Assembly (NCBI GenBank): GCA_965261395.1
Contig: OZ253462.1
Coordinates: 2,464,001-2,528,000 of the forward strand
From: Candidatus Latescibacterota bacterium
Lineage (GTDB): Bacteria > Latescibacterota > UBA2968 > UBA8231
Reading direction: 5' to 3'
DNA length: 64,000 nucleotides
Shown: positions 1 through 8,036 of the stretch, one piece after another
How the letters are laid out: every line of letters begins with the position of its first letter
Numbering within the stretch: the stretch's first letter is position 1
Notes under the pieces: model-generated
What the model saw: the letters and a program-made list of their open reading frames with translations, nothing else
Database searches by the model: none
Told to the model about the DNA's origin: nothing
Translations under genes and position numbers: made by a program

Positions 1-396
1 GGCGGCAAGAGACCCCTGTTTACCCTCAACAGCTTCATCTTGGTCGAGGACGGCAAGCCCATCTTGGTGGGCGGCACCCCGGGCGATTACGGGCAAGTGC
101 AGTGGAACTTGCAGGTCATCACCAACATGATTGACGGCAACATGACCGCGGCCGCAGCCGTGGCCGAGCCCCGCTGGCGTTATCACGGGCCCAAGCTCAG
201 GTCAAAGGAAGCCCGGCTGGCCATTGAGGAGGGCACGCCCGCAGAGGTCGTGCGCGGTTTAGCGGCCCGGGGACAGCCAGTGCAGGTCGGCGGCTGGGCA
301 GGCAATTTCAGTCTGATCCGCATCTACCCCGATAGCGGCGTACTCGAAGCCATTGGCGACAGCCGGACTGAAGGCCGCGGTGTAGGGGCATGGTGA
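1..396 (+). CDS. ggt: Gamma-glutamyltransferase family protein, C-terminal part (5' truncated by window edge)
   Basis: Frame open from base 1: GGKRPLFTLNSF...GTPG..GQVQ...AAVAEPRW...DSRTEG. These are small-subunit motifs of the GGT family. Confidence 0.85.
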   Translation, partial: GGKRPLFTLNSFILVEDGKPILVGGTPGDYGQVQWNLQVITNMIDGNMTAAAAVAEPRWRYHGPKLRSKEARLAIEEGTPAEVVRGLAARGQPVQVGGWAGNFSLIRIYPDSGVLEAIGDSRTEGRGVGAW

Positions 397-498
397 TCGA
401 ACGGAGCCGCTACCGCCTCCAAAGGCCGGCCTTGTGCCGAGCGCGCGGATGCGTTTTAGTAGCAAATAATTCTTTGATTTTCCCAAGGGGATTGGCTA

Positions 499-1392
499 GT
501 GAAGATATTGGTAGCGGGCAGCAGCGGCTTGATCGGTACGGCGCTTTGTAGCCGGCTGGAGCGCGAAGGGCACGAGGTGGTGCGCTTGGTGCGGCGGCAG
601 CCAGAGCGCGGGGAATTGCGCTGGGACCCAGAAGCCGGCGAGCTGGAGCAAGAGGCTCTGGAGGGGATAGAGGCGGCAGTGCATTTAGGGGGTCGGAACA
701 TCGCCGCTGGCCGCTGGACTGCCGCTGTCAAGGCGCAATTGCGCCAGAGCCGAGTGCAGACGACGCAGCTACTCGCTACGCGCTTGGCGGGATTGGCCGC
801 GCCGCCGAGGGTGCTGGTCTGCGCGTCGGCCATTGGCATTTACGGCAATCGGCGCGACGAGGAGCTGGACGAGGAAAGCAGCACTGGCGAGGGGTTTTTG
901 GCCGAGTTGGGCCGAGCGTGGGAGGGGGCGAGCGCCGTGGCTGCCGAGGCTGGTATCCGCGTCGTGCAGGCCCGCTTGGGCCTCGTCTTCGATCGTCGGG
1001 GCGGAGCGCTGGCCAAGATGCTGTTGCCCTTCCGCCTAGGGGTGGGTGGCAAGATCGGCGACGGTCGGCAGTACGTTAGCTGGATTAGCTTGGAGGACGC
1101 GGTGGCAGCGCTGATCTACGCCGTGGAAAACGACGCCTTGCGCGGGCCGGTGAACCTGACTGCACCGCAGCCGGTGACCAACGCCGAGCTAACGCGGACG
1201 CTGGGACGCGTGCTACGGCGACCGACGCTGCTGCCGCTGCCGGCGTTTGCCGCCAAGCTGCTCTTGGGCGAGTTGGCCGAGGAGGGGTTGTTGGCCAGCC
1301 AGCGGGTGCGGCCGACGCGGCTGTTGGAAGCGGGTTTCGAGTTCGCGCACCCCGAGTTGGAGGGGGCGTTGCACCATGCGCTGGCGCAGTAA
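499..1392 (+). CDS. TIGR01777-family NAD-dependent epimerase/oxidoreductase (YfcH-like)
   Basis: GSSGLIG Rossmann motif, SAIGIYG, GGKIGDGRQYVSWI, GPVNLTAP and C-terminal LLASQRVRPTRL..GFEF. Confidence 0.92.
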   Translation: MKILVAGSSGLIGTALCSRLEREGHEVVRLVRRQPERGELRWDPEAGELEQEALEGIEAAVHLGGRNIAAGRWTAAVKAQLRQSRVQTTQLLATRLAGLAAPPRVLVCASAIGIYGNRRDEELDEESSTGEGFLAELGRAWEGASAVAAEAGIRVVQARLGLVFDRRGGALAKMLLPFRLGVGGKIGDGRQYVSWISLEDAVAALIYAVENDALRGPVNLTAPQPVTNAELTRTLGRVLRRPTLLPLPAFAAKLLLGELAEEGLLASQRVRPTRLLEAGFEFAHPELEGALHHALAQ

Positions 1393-1420
1393 GGCGCAAA
1401 ATACAAGGAGCAGATTTTCT

Positions 1421-2818
1421 ATGAACATCATCGTCTTAGTCAGCGACACCTTTCGCTACGACTATCTGGGGTGCAACGACAATGCGTGGATCGGCACGGC
1501 GGCGCTAGATCGCTTTGCCGAGCGGGCGGTGTGCTTCGACCGGCACTACTTATCGAGCTTTCCGACCATCCCCAACCGCACCGATCTCTTTACTGGCCGC
1601 TACAGTTTCCCCTTCCACGGCTGGAAACCCCTCGACCCAGGCATCCCAGTGCTGAGTACGATTTTCGGTGCGGCTGGCTACCAGAGCCAGCTTATCTGCG
1701 ACACGCCGCATCTGATGAAGGGCGTCCACCATTTCGACCGGGGGTTTGACGGGGCGTATTGGATTCGGGGGCAGGAGGGAGACAAGCCGCTGTTGAAGGG
1801 CGATCTGCCGCCGCGCATGGAGGTGGCCGGGGCGAAGACGCGCGTTGATCCGCATCTGGCGAACACGCGCTTTGGCAACTTGGCGACCCTGCATGCGTGG
1901 ACCAATCGCGATTGGGCTTGGGAAGAAGACCGCTTCTGCGTGCGCACGGCGCAGACGACGAGCCGCTGGCTGGAGGAAAATCGCGGCTGCGAGCCGTTCT
2001 TACTGTGGGTGGATTTCTTCGATGCGCACGAGCCGTGGGACCCACCGGAACATCTCGTGGGCCGCTACGACTCATCGGGGTACGACGGCCCACCGATGAT
2101 CCACCCCAACTACGGCCCGGCGACCGCCTATACCCAAGAAGAGCTGGCCAATCTCCAGGCGCACTACGCGGCTGAGATTTACTTGGTCAACAAGTGGGTC
2201 GGCTATGTGTTGGACAAAATTGAGGAGCTCGGGCTATTCGACGACAGCGTGGTGATCTTCACGTCGGATCACGGCATGTTCGTCGGCGAGCACAACCGCA
2301 CGGGCAAGTCCAACATCCACGCTGAGGACGACCGCGTCTGGCCCTTGTATGAAGAGATCAGCCACATCCCGCTGATGATTGCCACCCCCGAGGTCGCGGG
2401 CGGACAGCGGGTGAGCGCCTTGACGCAATCCGTGGATTTGCTGCCGACGCTGATGGCTTTAGCTGGCGTGGAAAAAAGCGGTCTGGGGATGCACGGGCAC
2501 TCGCTCGCGCCGCTGCTGACCGGACCGTCAGCGTGGCCGCGTCAGTACGCCTTCAGCTCGACCTTTATCCGCAATGGCGGGCCGACGGTGACCGACGAGC
2601 GCTGGACCTACTTGGCGTATGGCGAGCACGGCGGCGCGCCCGAACTGTACGACATGCAGGCCGACCCGCAGCAGCAGCAGAATGTGATCGGCGAGCATCC
2701 GGCGGTGGCACAACGGATGCAAAAAGCGCTGGTGGACTTTCTCGACGAGGTGGAGACGCCCGAGGAAAATCGCGCATTGCTGGGACCGGTCGGCGGGCCG
2801 GATTACGCTAGCCCGTGA
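1421..2818 (+). CDS. Sulfatase-like hydrolase with Thr-type signature (T-I-P-N-R)
   Basis: MNIIVLVSDTFRYD, FDAHEPWDPP, FTSDHG and ELYDMQADP motifs. ATG at 1421 follows AAGGAG, so the ORF-track start at 1247 is too long. Confidence 0.88.
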   Translation: MNIIVLVSDTFRYDYLGCNDNAWIGTAALDRFAERAVCFDRHYLSSFPTIPNRTDLFTGRYSFPFHGWKPLDPGIPVLSTIFGAAGYQSQLICDTPHLMKGVHHFDRGFDGAYWIRGQEGDKPLLKGDLPPRMEVAGAKTRVDPHLANTRFGNLATLHAWTNRDWAWEEDRFCVRTAQTTSRWLEENRGCEPFLLWVDFFDAHEPWDPPEHLVGRYDSSGYDGPPMIHPNYGPATAYTQEELANLQAHYAAEIYLVNKWVGYVLDKIEELGLFDDSVVIFTSDHGMFVGEHNRTGKSNIHAEDDRVWPLYEEISHIPLMIATPEVAGGQRVSALTQSVDLLPTLMALAGVEKSGLGMHGHSLAPLLTGPSAWPRQYAFSSTFIRNGGPTVTDERWTYLAYGEHGGAPELYDMQADPQQQQNVIGEHPAVAQRMQKALVDFLDEVETPEENRALLGPVGGPDYASP

Positions 2819-3023
2819 AGAGGTCGAAGATGTGGCCGAGGCTCGAGCTGTCGGCTGCGTAGAGTTCGGTGTAGCGGCACTGCTCGCAGGTTACGGTTGT
2901 CAGCTTGCGGTTTTGCACGTCGAATATCTTGGACCAAAACCCGCCGGAGGCGCGGATTTCGCCGGTCTCGTAGGCGGTGTGATGACACTTGGGGCACTCA
3001 AAGCGCAGCGTGGGTGAACTCAT
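2808..3023 (-). CDS. Small zinc-ribbon protein (YpzJ/DUF2082-like)
   Basis: CPKC...SKIFDVQNRK.TTVTCEQCRYTELY. Its 3' end overlaps the sulfatase 3' end by 11 bp. Confidence 0.85.
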   Translation of the reverse strand: MSSPTLRFECPKCHHTAYETGEIRASGGFWSKIFDVQNRKLTTVTCEQCRYTELYAADSSSLGHIFDLFTG

Positions 3024-3232
3024 GGGGCCTCATGCGTTGGATGTGGACGTTCGGCGGGGCAATATATCGCAAAACGTAGATTGCCGCCCTGCGTATCAAT
3101 GACGCAGAACGGCTATAGTGCGGCCGCGCTAGGAAAAGGACTGGATTTTTGCCGGAGAGAAGGAGAGGACGGGAGATGTCTAGCAGGTGTTTTTGTGTTA
3201 CTCAGTGGCGCGCTGTGGGGGCGAACAGCGCG

Positions 3233-3442
3233 TCATTCCTCTACATCGGCGAGTATTTCTTCAAGGGTCCACAACCGCTCGGAGTCCGCGATTAGGGCTT
3301 CGACGATGAGGGGATGGGCCTTGATGGTATGCGGGTCGATAAACTCGAAACTGGGCTGGTCGCGCAGAAGCATTCCCCGATCCTCGATGACGAGGATGTC
3401 GTCTGGGCCTCCCGAGGCTTCTACGTGGCGATACAGTGGCAT
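3233..3442 (-). CDS. Small acidic hypothetical protein (69 aa)
   Basis: Strong RBS (AAGGAGG) just upstream of ATG at 3442, protein-like composition, same strand as both neighbours. Confidence 0.6.
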   Translation of the reverse strand: MPLYRHVEASGGPDDILVIEDRGMLLRDQPSFEFIDPHTIKAHPLIVEALIADSERLWTLEEILADVEE

Positions 3443-3552
3443 GTTGTCCCTCCTTGTCAAAAGATTTTCTGTAGCTTAGACGCCGGTATTGGATAATAGT
3501 TGCCGGTATTTATGGGGAGGGCAAATTTTTTCGTTCGTTCAAAAATAAGCAC

Positions 3553-4482
3553 TTAGATAATATCGCGCTTTTTTATCCACTGCTCAATATAGGCGGCCGT
3601 CTCGTCGGGGTATTCGAGGTGGGGCGCGTGTCCGCAATTGGGGAAGATGTGTAGGTCGGAGTGGGGCAGTGCGGTGGCGAAGCGCTGGGCCGAGCGCACC
3701 GGTAACACGCGGTCCTGCTGCCCCCATAAGACCAAGGTCGGGCAGGTGATGTCACCAAAGCGCTGGTGGAACGTTGCTGCGTCGGGCGGTACGAGGTTCC
3801 GCGCTGAGTAGTGGTAGGCGTACGCGGCGTTGGGCGTCTCGAGTGCGGCGCGGGCGACCGTTGCGAGTTCGGGGGGGATTTTGCCGCGGTCGTGGAAGCA
3901 GCGTCGGAAGGTGCGCCAAGCGGCCAAGCGCAACAGGCCGAATGCGCGGGCCAAGGCGTGGAGTGGGGCATGGCTCAGCAGCTTGCCCGGATAGCTGCCG
4001 AGGGTGCGCACGTGCACGGGGAGTTGGTGCGGGTAGCCGGCCGCGTCGATGAGCACTAGCCCGCGCACTTTGGCCGCGAGTGCGGGAAAATCGAGGTACA
4101 GGCGCAGGGCCAAGCCTCCGCCGAGCGAATTGCCCAAGAGGATTACGCCGTCCAAGTCCAGCGCGGCGATAAAGGCCGCGAGGTAGCCAACCTGCATGTC
4201 CGGCGAATAGCGCTCGTGCTCCGGGCGTGCGGCAAAGGTCGGCTTGCTGCTGTGCCCGTGGCCGATCAAGTCGGGTGCGATGATGCGGCGGCCGGGCAAG
4301 CGGGTGGCCAAGCGGAACCACGTGGCTTTGTTGTCAAAGACGCCGTGTAGCAGCACTAAGGGGAGGTGGTTCCCGTCGCCGCCATTGTCGAGATACGCCA
4401 TTTCGACTTGGTCGGCGAGGGCGAGGCGGTATTCGGCAAAGCCGGGGAAGAGGGACGAGGATGGAGAGGAAATGGGCTGCAT
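3553..4482 (-). CDS. Alpha/beta fold hydrolase
   Basis: LLHG, PDLIGHGHS, GNSLGG nucleophile elbow, WGQQD and GHAPHLE. Start uncertain (4482 vs 4521). Confidence 0.9.
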   Translation of the reverse strand: MQPISSPSSSLFPGFAEYRLALADQVEMAYLDNGGDGNHLPLVLLHGVFDNKATWFRLATRLPGRRIIAPDLIGHGHSSKPTFAARPEHERYSPDMQVGYLAAFIAALDLDGVILLGNSLGGGLALRLYLDFPALAAKVRGLVLIDAAGYPHQLPVHVRTLGSYPGKLLSHAPLHALARAFGLLRLAAWRTFRRCFHDRGKIPPELATVARAALETPNAAYAYHYSARNLVPPDAATFHQRFGDITCPTLVLWGQQDRVLPVRSAQRFATALPHSDLHIFPNCGHAPHLEYPDETAAYIEQWIKKRDII

Positions 4483-4628
4483 AGGGTATATAAAGAAGCA
4501 TATTTGTCTGGTAAAATTCAACTTGAGGCAGCCCTAGCTTAGGACCAGATTTAGGGCGTCGGCGGTTGTATCTTAGGGATGGGCCATGTATTAAAGGTTG
4601 GAATCTCCCAATCGTCGGAAGGACGCGT

Positions 4629-7600
4629 ATGAGCGACATCTCCTTTGAGCACGTGTTGAGCAGCCAGTACACGGTCTTTGATGGGCTGACGGGGATGCAC
4701 GTGGAAGACATCTATCAAGACCGCCAAGGCTTTCTCTGGATTGCCACGGCCGATGGCGGCGTCAGCCGGTTCGACAGCGCCCGGTTTGATACGTTTGGCC
4801 TCAAGGACGGTCTGCCCAATCTGACGGTCATGGCCATTGCCGAGGACGCCGACGGGCGGCTTTTGTTCGGCACGTTCGGCGGTGGGATTGCCGCGTACGA
4901 CGGGCGCGGCTTTCAGGTGTACACCACTGAGCACGGCCTGCCTTCCAACGAGATTTTGGGCCTGCAAGTCCAGTCGGATGGTTCGATTTTGGTGTTGACC
5001 AGCGCGGGCGTGGCGTGGTTTGCTGAGGGTCGCTGTGTGAAGTGTATAACCGACGTTGGCGGCCAACCTTTGGGGCGAGTGTACGATATGGCCACCGACG
5101 TGGGTGGCACCACTTGGCTGGCGGCGTGGCGTGGCGTTATCAGCTTGGATGGGCAGCGCATGGGTATCGGCGACCGGGCGAGCCAATGGCCCTGGAAATT
5201 CGCCCAAGATCCTTCCGGCCACCTGTGGATTAGTTTCCATTACACGGGTACCGAAGTCTTGATCGGCCGCTATGATCCACGGGACCAACATCTTGAGTGC
5301 ATTAACGTAGGTAAGGGTGACGAGGGGGTGGTGAATCACGGGACGCGGCACGTGCGGGCTGACGAGAGGGGCTGGCTCTGGCTGACCCACCGCGGTGTGA
5401 TGGTACACGACGGGCAGGAGTGGCATCCTTTTTCTGCTTCCTTGCCGGATATTGACTTTTCGGCTACGCGTCTGACCTACGAGGACCGCGAGGGCAATAT
5501 CTGGATCGGGCTTTGGGGCGGCGGATTGATTTTTTGCAATCCGGCCAGCATCCGGCGCTACACGGAAGCCGACGGCCTACCGGACCGAGAGGTTCGCCAC
5601 TTGGGCGAAGACCATGAGGGTCGGATGTGGATTGGCACGATGGCGGGCATGGCCTGCATGGAAGAGGGTCAAATCCGCCCGGTCGAGACGGAGGAAATCG
5701 TCTCGGCGATGGTGGTGGATGGCCAAGGGCAGGTCTGGAGCGGAGGGGAGGCGGGCAAGGTGTATAAGTGGGAGGGCCAAACGCCACAAGCGATCCCGGT
5801 GGCCGAAGGAACCCATCCAGAAGAAATCGCTGGGCTATGCGAAGATGGGCAAGGGCGTATCTGGGTCGGCACGTCCGATGGCCGTTTCGGCTGGATAGAG
5901 AAAAATCGCTTTATCTGTCTTGATGAATGCAGCACCGCGCTGCAAGACCAAGACGGGGTATTCTGGGCCGGAGCACTGCTGCGAGACCAAGACGGAGTAT
6001 TCTGGATCGGTTCAGTTGGAGTAGTACCGGCACTTTACTGTTATGAGGATGGGCACTTGCGCCCGGCGGATATGGCCGAAGCGGAGTCCATCGCCTATGT
6101 CAACGTCTTGTGGGAGCACCAAAACACGCTGTGGGTGGGTACGGCCAAGGGGCTTTTCACCCTTGATCTCTCGTCGCGGGAGGTGCGCCACTTCACTGCC
6201 GAACAGTTTGGGCTGTCGGCCAATGGGATCTTGGCGCTGACAGCCGATTCGCAGGGCAGCATCTGGATGGGTACCAGCGGTGGCGGGGTCCTCCGCTACG
6301 ATGGCGAGACCTTCCAGAGTATCCGTTTGGGGCCATCTGCCCTCGAAAACATGGTCGAAGCGGTCCTGTGCGACCGCCGCGGTCGGATGTGGTTTGGGAC
6401 GCGGGCAGGACTAGTCGCCTACCAGCCGGGACACACGCCGCCGCGCTTGGTCATCCGCGAGGTGATGGCCGGCACCCGCTTAGCCGCGCCCGAAGCGGTA
6501 TCCTGCCCAGAGAGCACGCCTGAAATCCGCATTCACTTCCAGGGCATTAGCTTCCGCACCGGCGCTGGGCAGATGCGCTACAGCCACCGCTTGTTAGGCC
6601 ACGGTCCGGTGGAACAGTGGAGCGCGTTTACGGTCGCCGATGCGGTCGCGTACAGTGCTCTGCCGGTGGGCGAGTACCGCTTTGAGGTGCGGACGATGGA
6701 CCGCGATGGCCTGCTGTCCGAGGTGGCCGGTTTGGATGTCCACGTTCTACCCGACGCCAAAACCGAACGCATCCACGCCCTTGAAAAGGCCCTGCGGGCT
6801 GCCGATCACGTCGTGCATAGCGAGAGTTGGGCTATGCGCCAAGTGCTGGAGCAGACCGTGCGGGTCGCCGAGACGGCGATGACCGTGCTGGTGCTGGGAG
6901 AGACCGGCACGGGCAAGGGCTTACTGGCGCAAACCATTCACGAAACAAGCACCCGCCGCAAGCGGCCCTTTATCCGCGTCAATTGCGGGGCGCTGCCGGC
7001 CGGGTTGGTCGAAAGCGAGTTGTTCGGCCATGAGAAAGGGGCCTTTACCGGGGCCGCTAGCCGTCAGCTCGGGCGCTTTGAACTAGCCGATGGCGGCACC
7101 CTCTTTTTGGACGAAATCGGCGACTTGCCGTTGGAGTCGCAGCGGGTGCTGCTGCACATCTTAGAGGAGAATGCCCTGACCCGCGTCGGCGGCAAGCAGC
7201 CTGTCGCTGTGGACGTGCGGGTCGTTGCGGCGACCAACCGCGACCTGCGGCAGGCCATCCAAGAGGGTACGTTCCGCGAAGACCTGTTCTACCGCCTGAG
7301 CGTTTTTACGCTAGAGCTTCCACCGCTGCGGCAGCGGCAAGAGGATATACCAGCCTTGGCGGCGCATTTTGCAGAGCGGTATGCCCAGCATCTGCGGCGG
7401 CCGGCTCCGACGATAGACGACGGGGTGGTCGCGCACTTGCAGGCGTACTCTTGGCCGGGGAATGTGCGCGCGTTGGAGCATCTGATCCAACGCGCAGTCT
7501 TGCTGTGTAAGGACGGTGTCATTCGGGTGGAGGATTTGCCGTTCCTGCTGGTTGGGCAACGAGCCGGGGACACGGACGCAAGGAAGCCGTTTTCGCCGCT

Positions 7601-7772
7601 TGCCCAGTCCGCCGAAGGGGAAGACGAAAAGCAGCAGCTTGTGGAAGCACTGCAAGCGACCAACTGGATGATCTATGGCGAGCGCGGCGCGGCGCGCTTG
7701 TTGGGGATGAATCCGGAGAAGCTGCGCTACCGCATGCAGAAGTACGGGTTGCGCCGACCGAAGAAATCGTAG
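4629..7772 (+). CDS. Sigma54-dependent transcriptional activator fused to two-component-regulator beta-propeller (Reg_prop) repeats and a Y_Y_Y domain
   Basis: Many DGL..../D..G.LW.GT blades, a Y_Y_Y-like domain (YSALPVGEYRFEVR), GETGTGK, ESELFGHEKGAFTGA, TLFLDEIG, FREDLFYRL, WPGNVR and a C-terminal Fis-type HTH (AARLLGMN...LRYRMQKYG). Confidence 0.93.
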   Translation: MSDISFEHVLSSQYTVFDGLTGMHVEDIYQDRQGFLWIATADGGVSRFDSARFDTFGLKDGLPNLTVMAIAEDADGRLLFGTFGGGIAAYDGRGFQVYTTEHGLPSNEILGLQVQSDGSILVLTSAGVAWFAEGRCVKCITDVGGQPLGRVYDMATDVGGTTWLAAWRGVISLDGQRMGIGDRASQWPWKFAQDPSGHLWISFHYTGTEVLIGRYDPRDQHLECINVGKGDEGVVNHGTRHVRADERGWLWLTHRGVMVHDGQEWHPFSASLPDIDFSATRLTYEDREGNIWIGLWGGGLIFCNPASIRRYTEADGLPDREVRHLGEDHEGRMWIGTMAGMACMEEGQIRPVETEEIVSAMVVDGQGQVWSGGEAGKVYKWEGQTPQAIPVAEGTHPEEIAGLCEDGQGRIWVGTSDGRFGWIEKNRFICLDECSTALQDQDGVFWAGALLRDQDGVFWIGSVGVVPALYCYEDGHLRPADMAEAESIAYVNVLWEHQNTLWVGTAKGLFTLDLSSREVRHFTAEQFGLSANGILALTADSQGSIWMGTSGGGVLRYDGETFQSIRLGPSALENMVEAVLCDRRGRMWFGTRAGLVAYQPGHTPPRLVIREVMAGTRLAAPEAVSCPESTPEIRIHFQGISFRTGAGQMRYSHRLLGHGPVEQWSAFTVADAVAYSALPVGEYRFEVRTMDRDGLLSEVAGLDVHVLPDAKTERIHALEKALRAADHVVHSESWAMRQVLEQTVRVAETAMTVLVLGETGTGKGLLAQTIHETSTRRKRPFIRVNCGALPAGLVESELFGHEKGAFTGAASRQLGRFELADGGTLFLDEIGDLPLESQRVLLHILEENALTRVGGKQPVAVDVRVVAATNRDLRQAIQEGTFREDLFYRLSVFTLELPPLRQRQEDIPALAAHFAERYAQHLRRPAPTIDDGVVAHLQAYSWPGNVRALEHLIQRAVLLCKDGVIRVEDLPFLLVGQRAGDTDARKPFSPLAQSAEGEDEKQQLVEALQATNWMIYGERGAARLLGMNPEKLRYRMQKYGLRRPKKS

Positions 7773-7780
7773 GCGGTCAA

Positions 7781-7842
7781 CACGGAAAGTCGTGGAAAAA
7801 CACGGAAAATCGTGGACTTTCCACGGAAAGCCGTGGAAAGTC
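7781..7842. promoter_or_regulatory. Three phased palindromic sites CACGG-AAA(G/A)-(T/C)CGTG, a putative upstream activating sequence for the adjacent sigma54 activator
   Basis: Copies start at 7781, 7801 and 7822 (20/21-bp spacing). The third lies in a perfect 12-bp inverted repeat GACTTTCCACGG-aaag-CCGTGGAAAGTC (7815-7842). Confidence 0.7.
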
Positions 7843-7880
7843 TCGCGCGATGGCTGAAGTCGCGCATCGTAGGACGCTCC

Positions 7881-7920
7881 ACTATATTATTTTTAAGTGT
7901 TATGTTTTTCAATCCTTTAG
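7881..7920 (+). promoter_or_regulatory. AT-rich tract with IHF-like site
   Basis: AT-rich run followed by TTTCAATCCTTTA, one mismatch to WATCAANNNNTTR. It lies between the UAS and the sigma54 promoter. Confidence 0.5.
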
Positions 7921-7957
7921 GGTTCTCCTAAAGGATTTTTTGTCGGCGGCCGAATTT

Positions 7958-7974
7958 TTGGCACGGAATGTGCG
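7958..7974 (+). promoter_or_regulatory. Sigma54 (-24/-12) promoter
   Basis: TTGGCACGGAATGTGCG: GG at 7960-61 and GC at 7972-73 with exact GG-N10-GC spacing, ~60 bp upstream of ATG 8037. Confidence 0.8.
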
Positions 7975-8036
7975 TTATATCTCATCAGCCGCGCACCACA
8001 TGGTCCTCCTCAAACCCCAACGGAAGAGGAAATCTG

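Noticed and set aside
1247-1420. N-terminal extension of the sulfatase ORF
   Set aside because: It overlaps the upstream gene and has no family similarity; the RBS and domain start point to ATG 1421.
7781-7842. Short periodic repeats as a CRISPR array
   Set aside because: The units are 14 bp with 6-7 bp gaps, with no unique spacers and no cas genes. The position fits enhancer sites.
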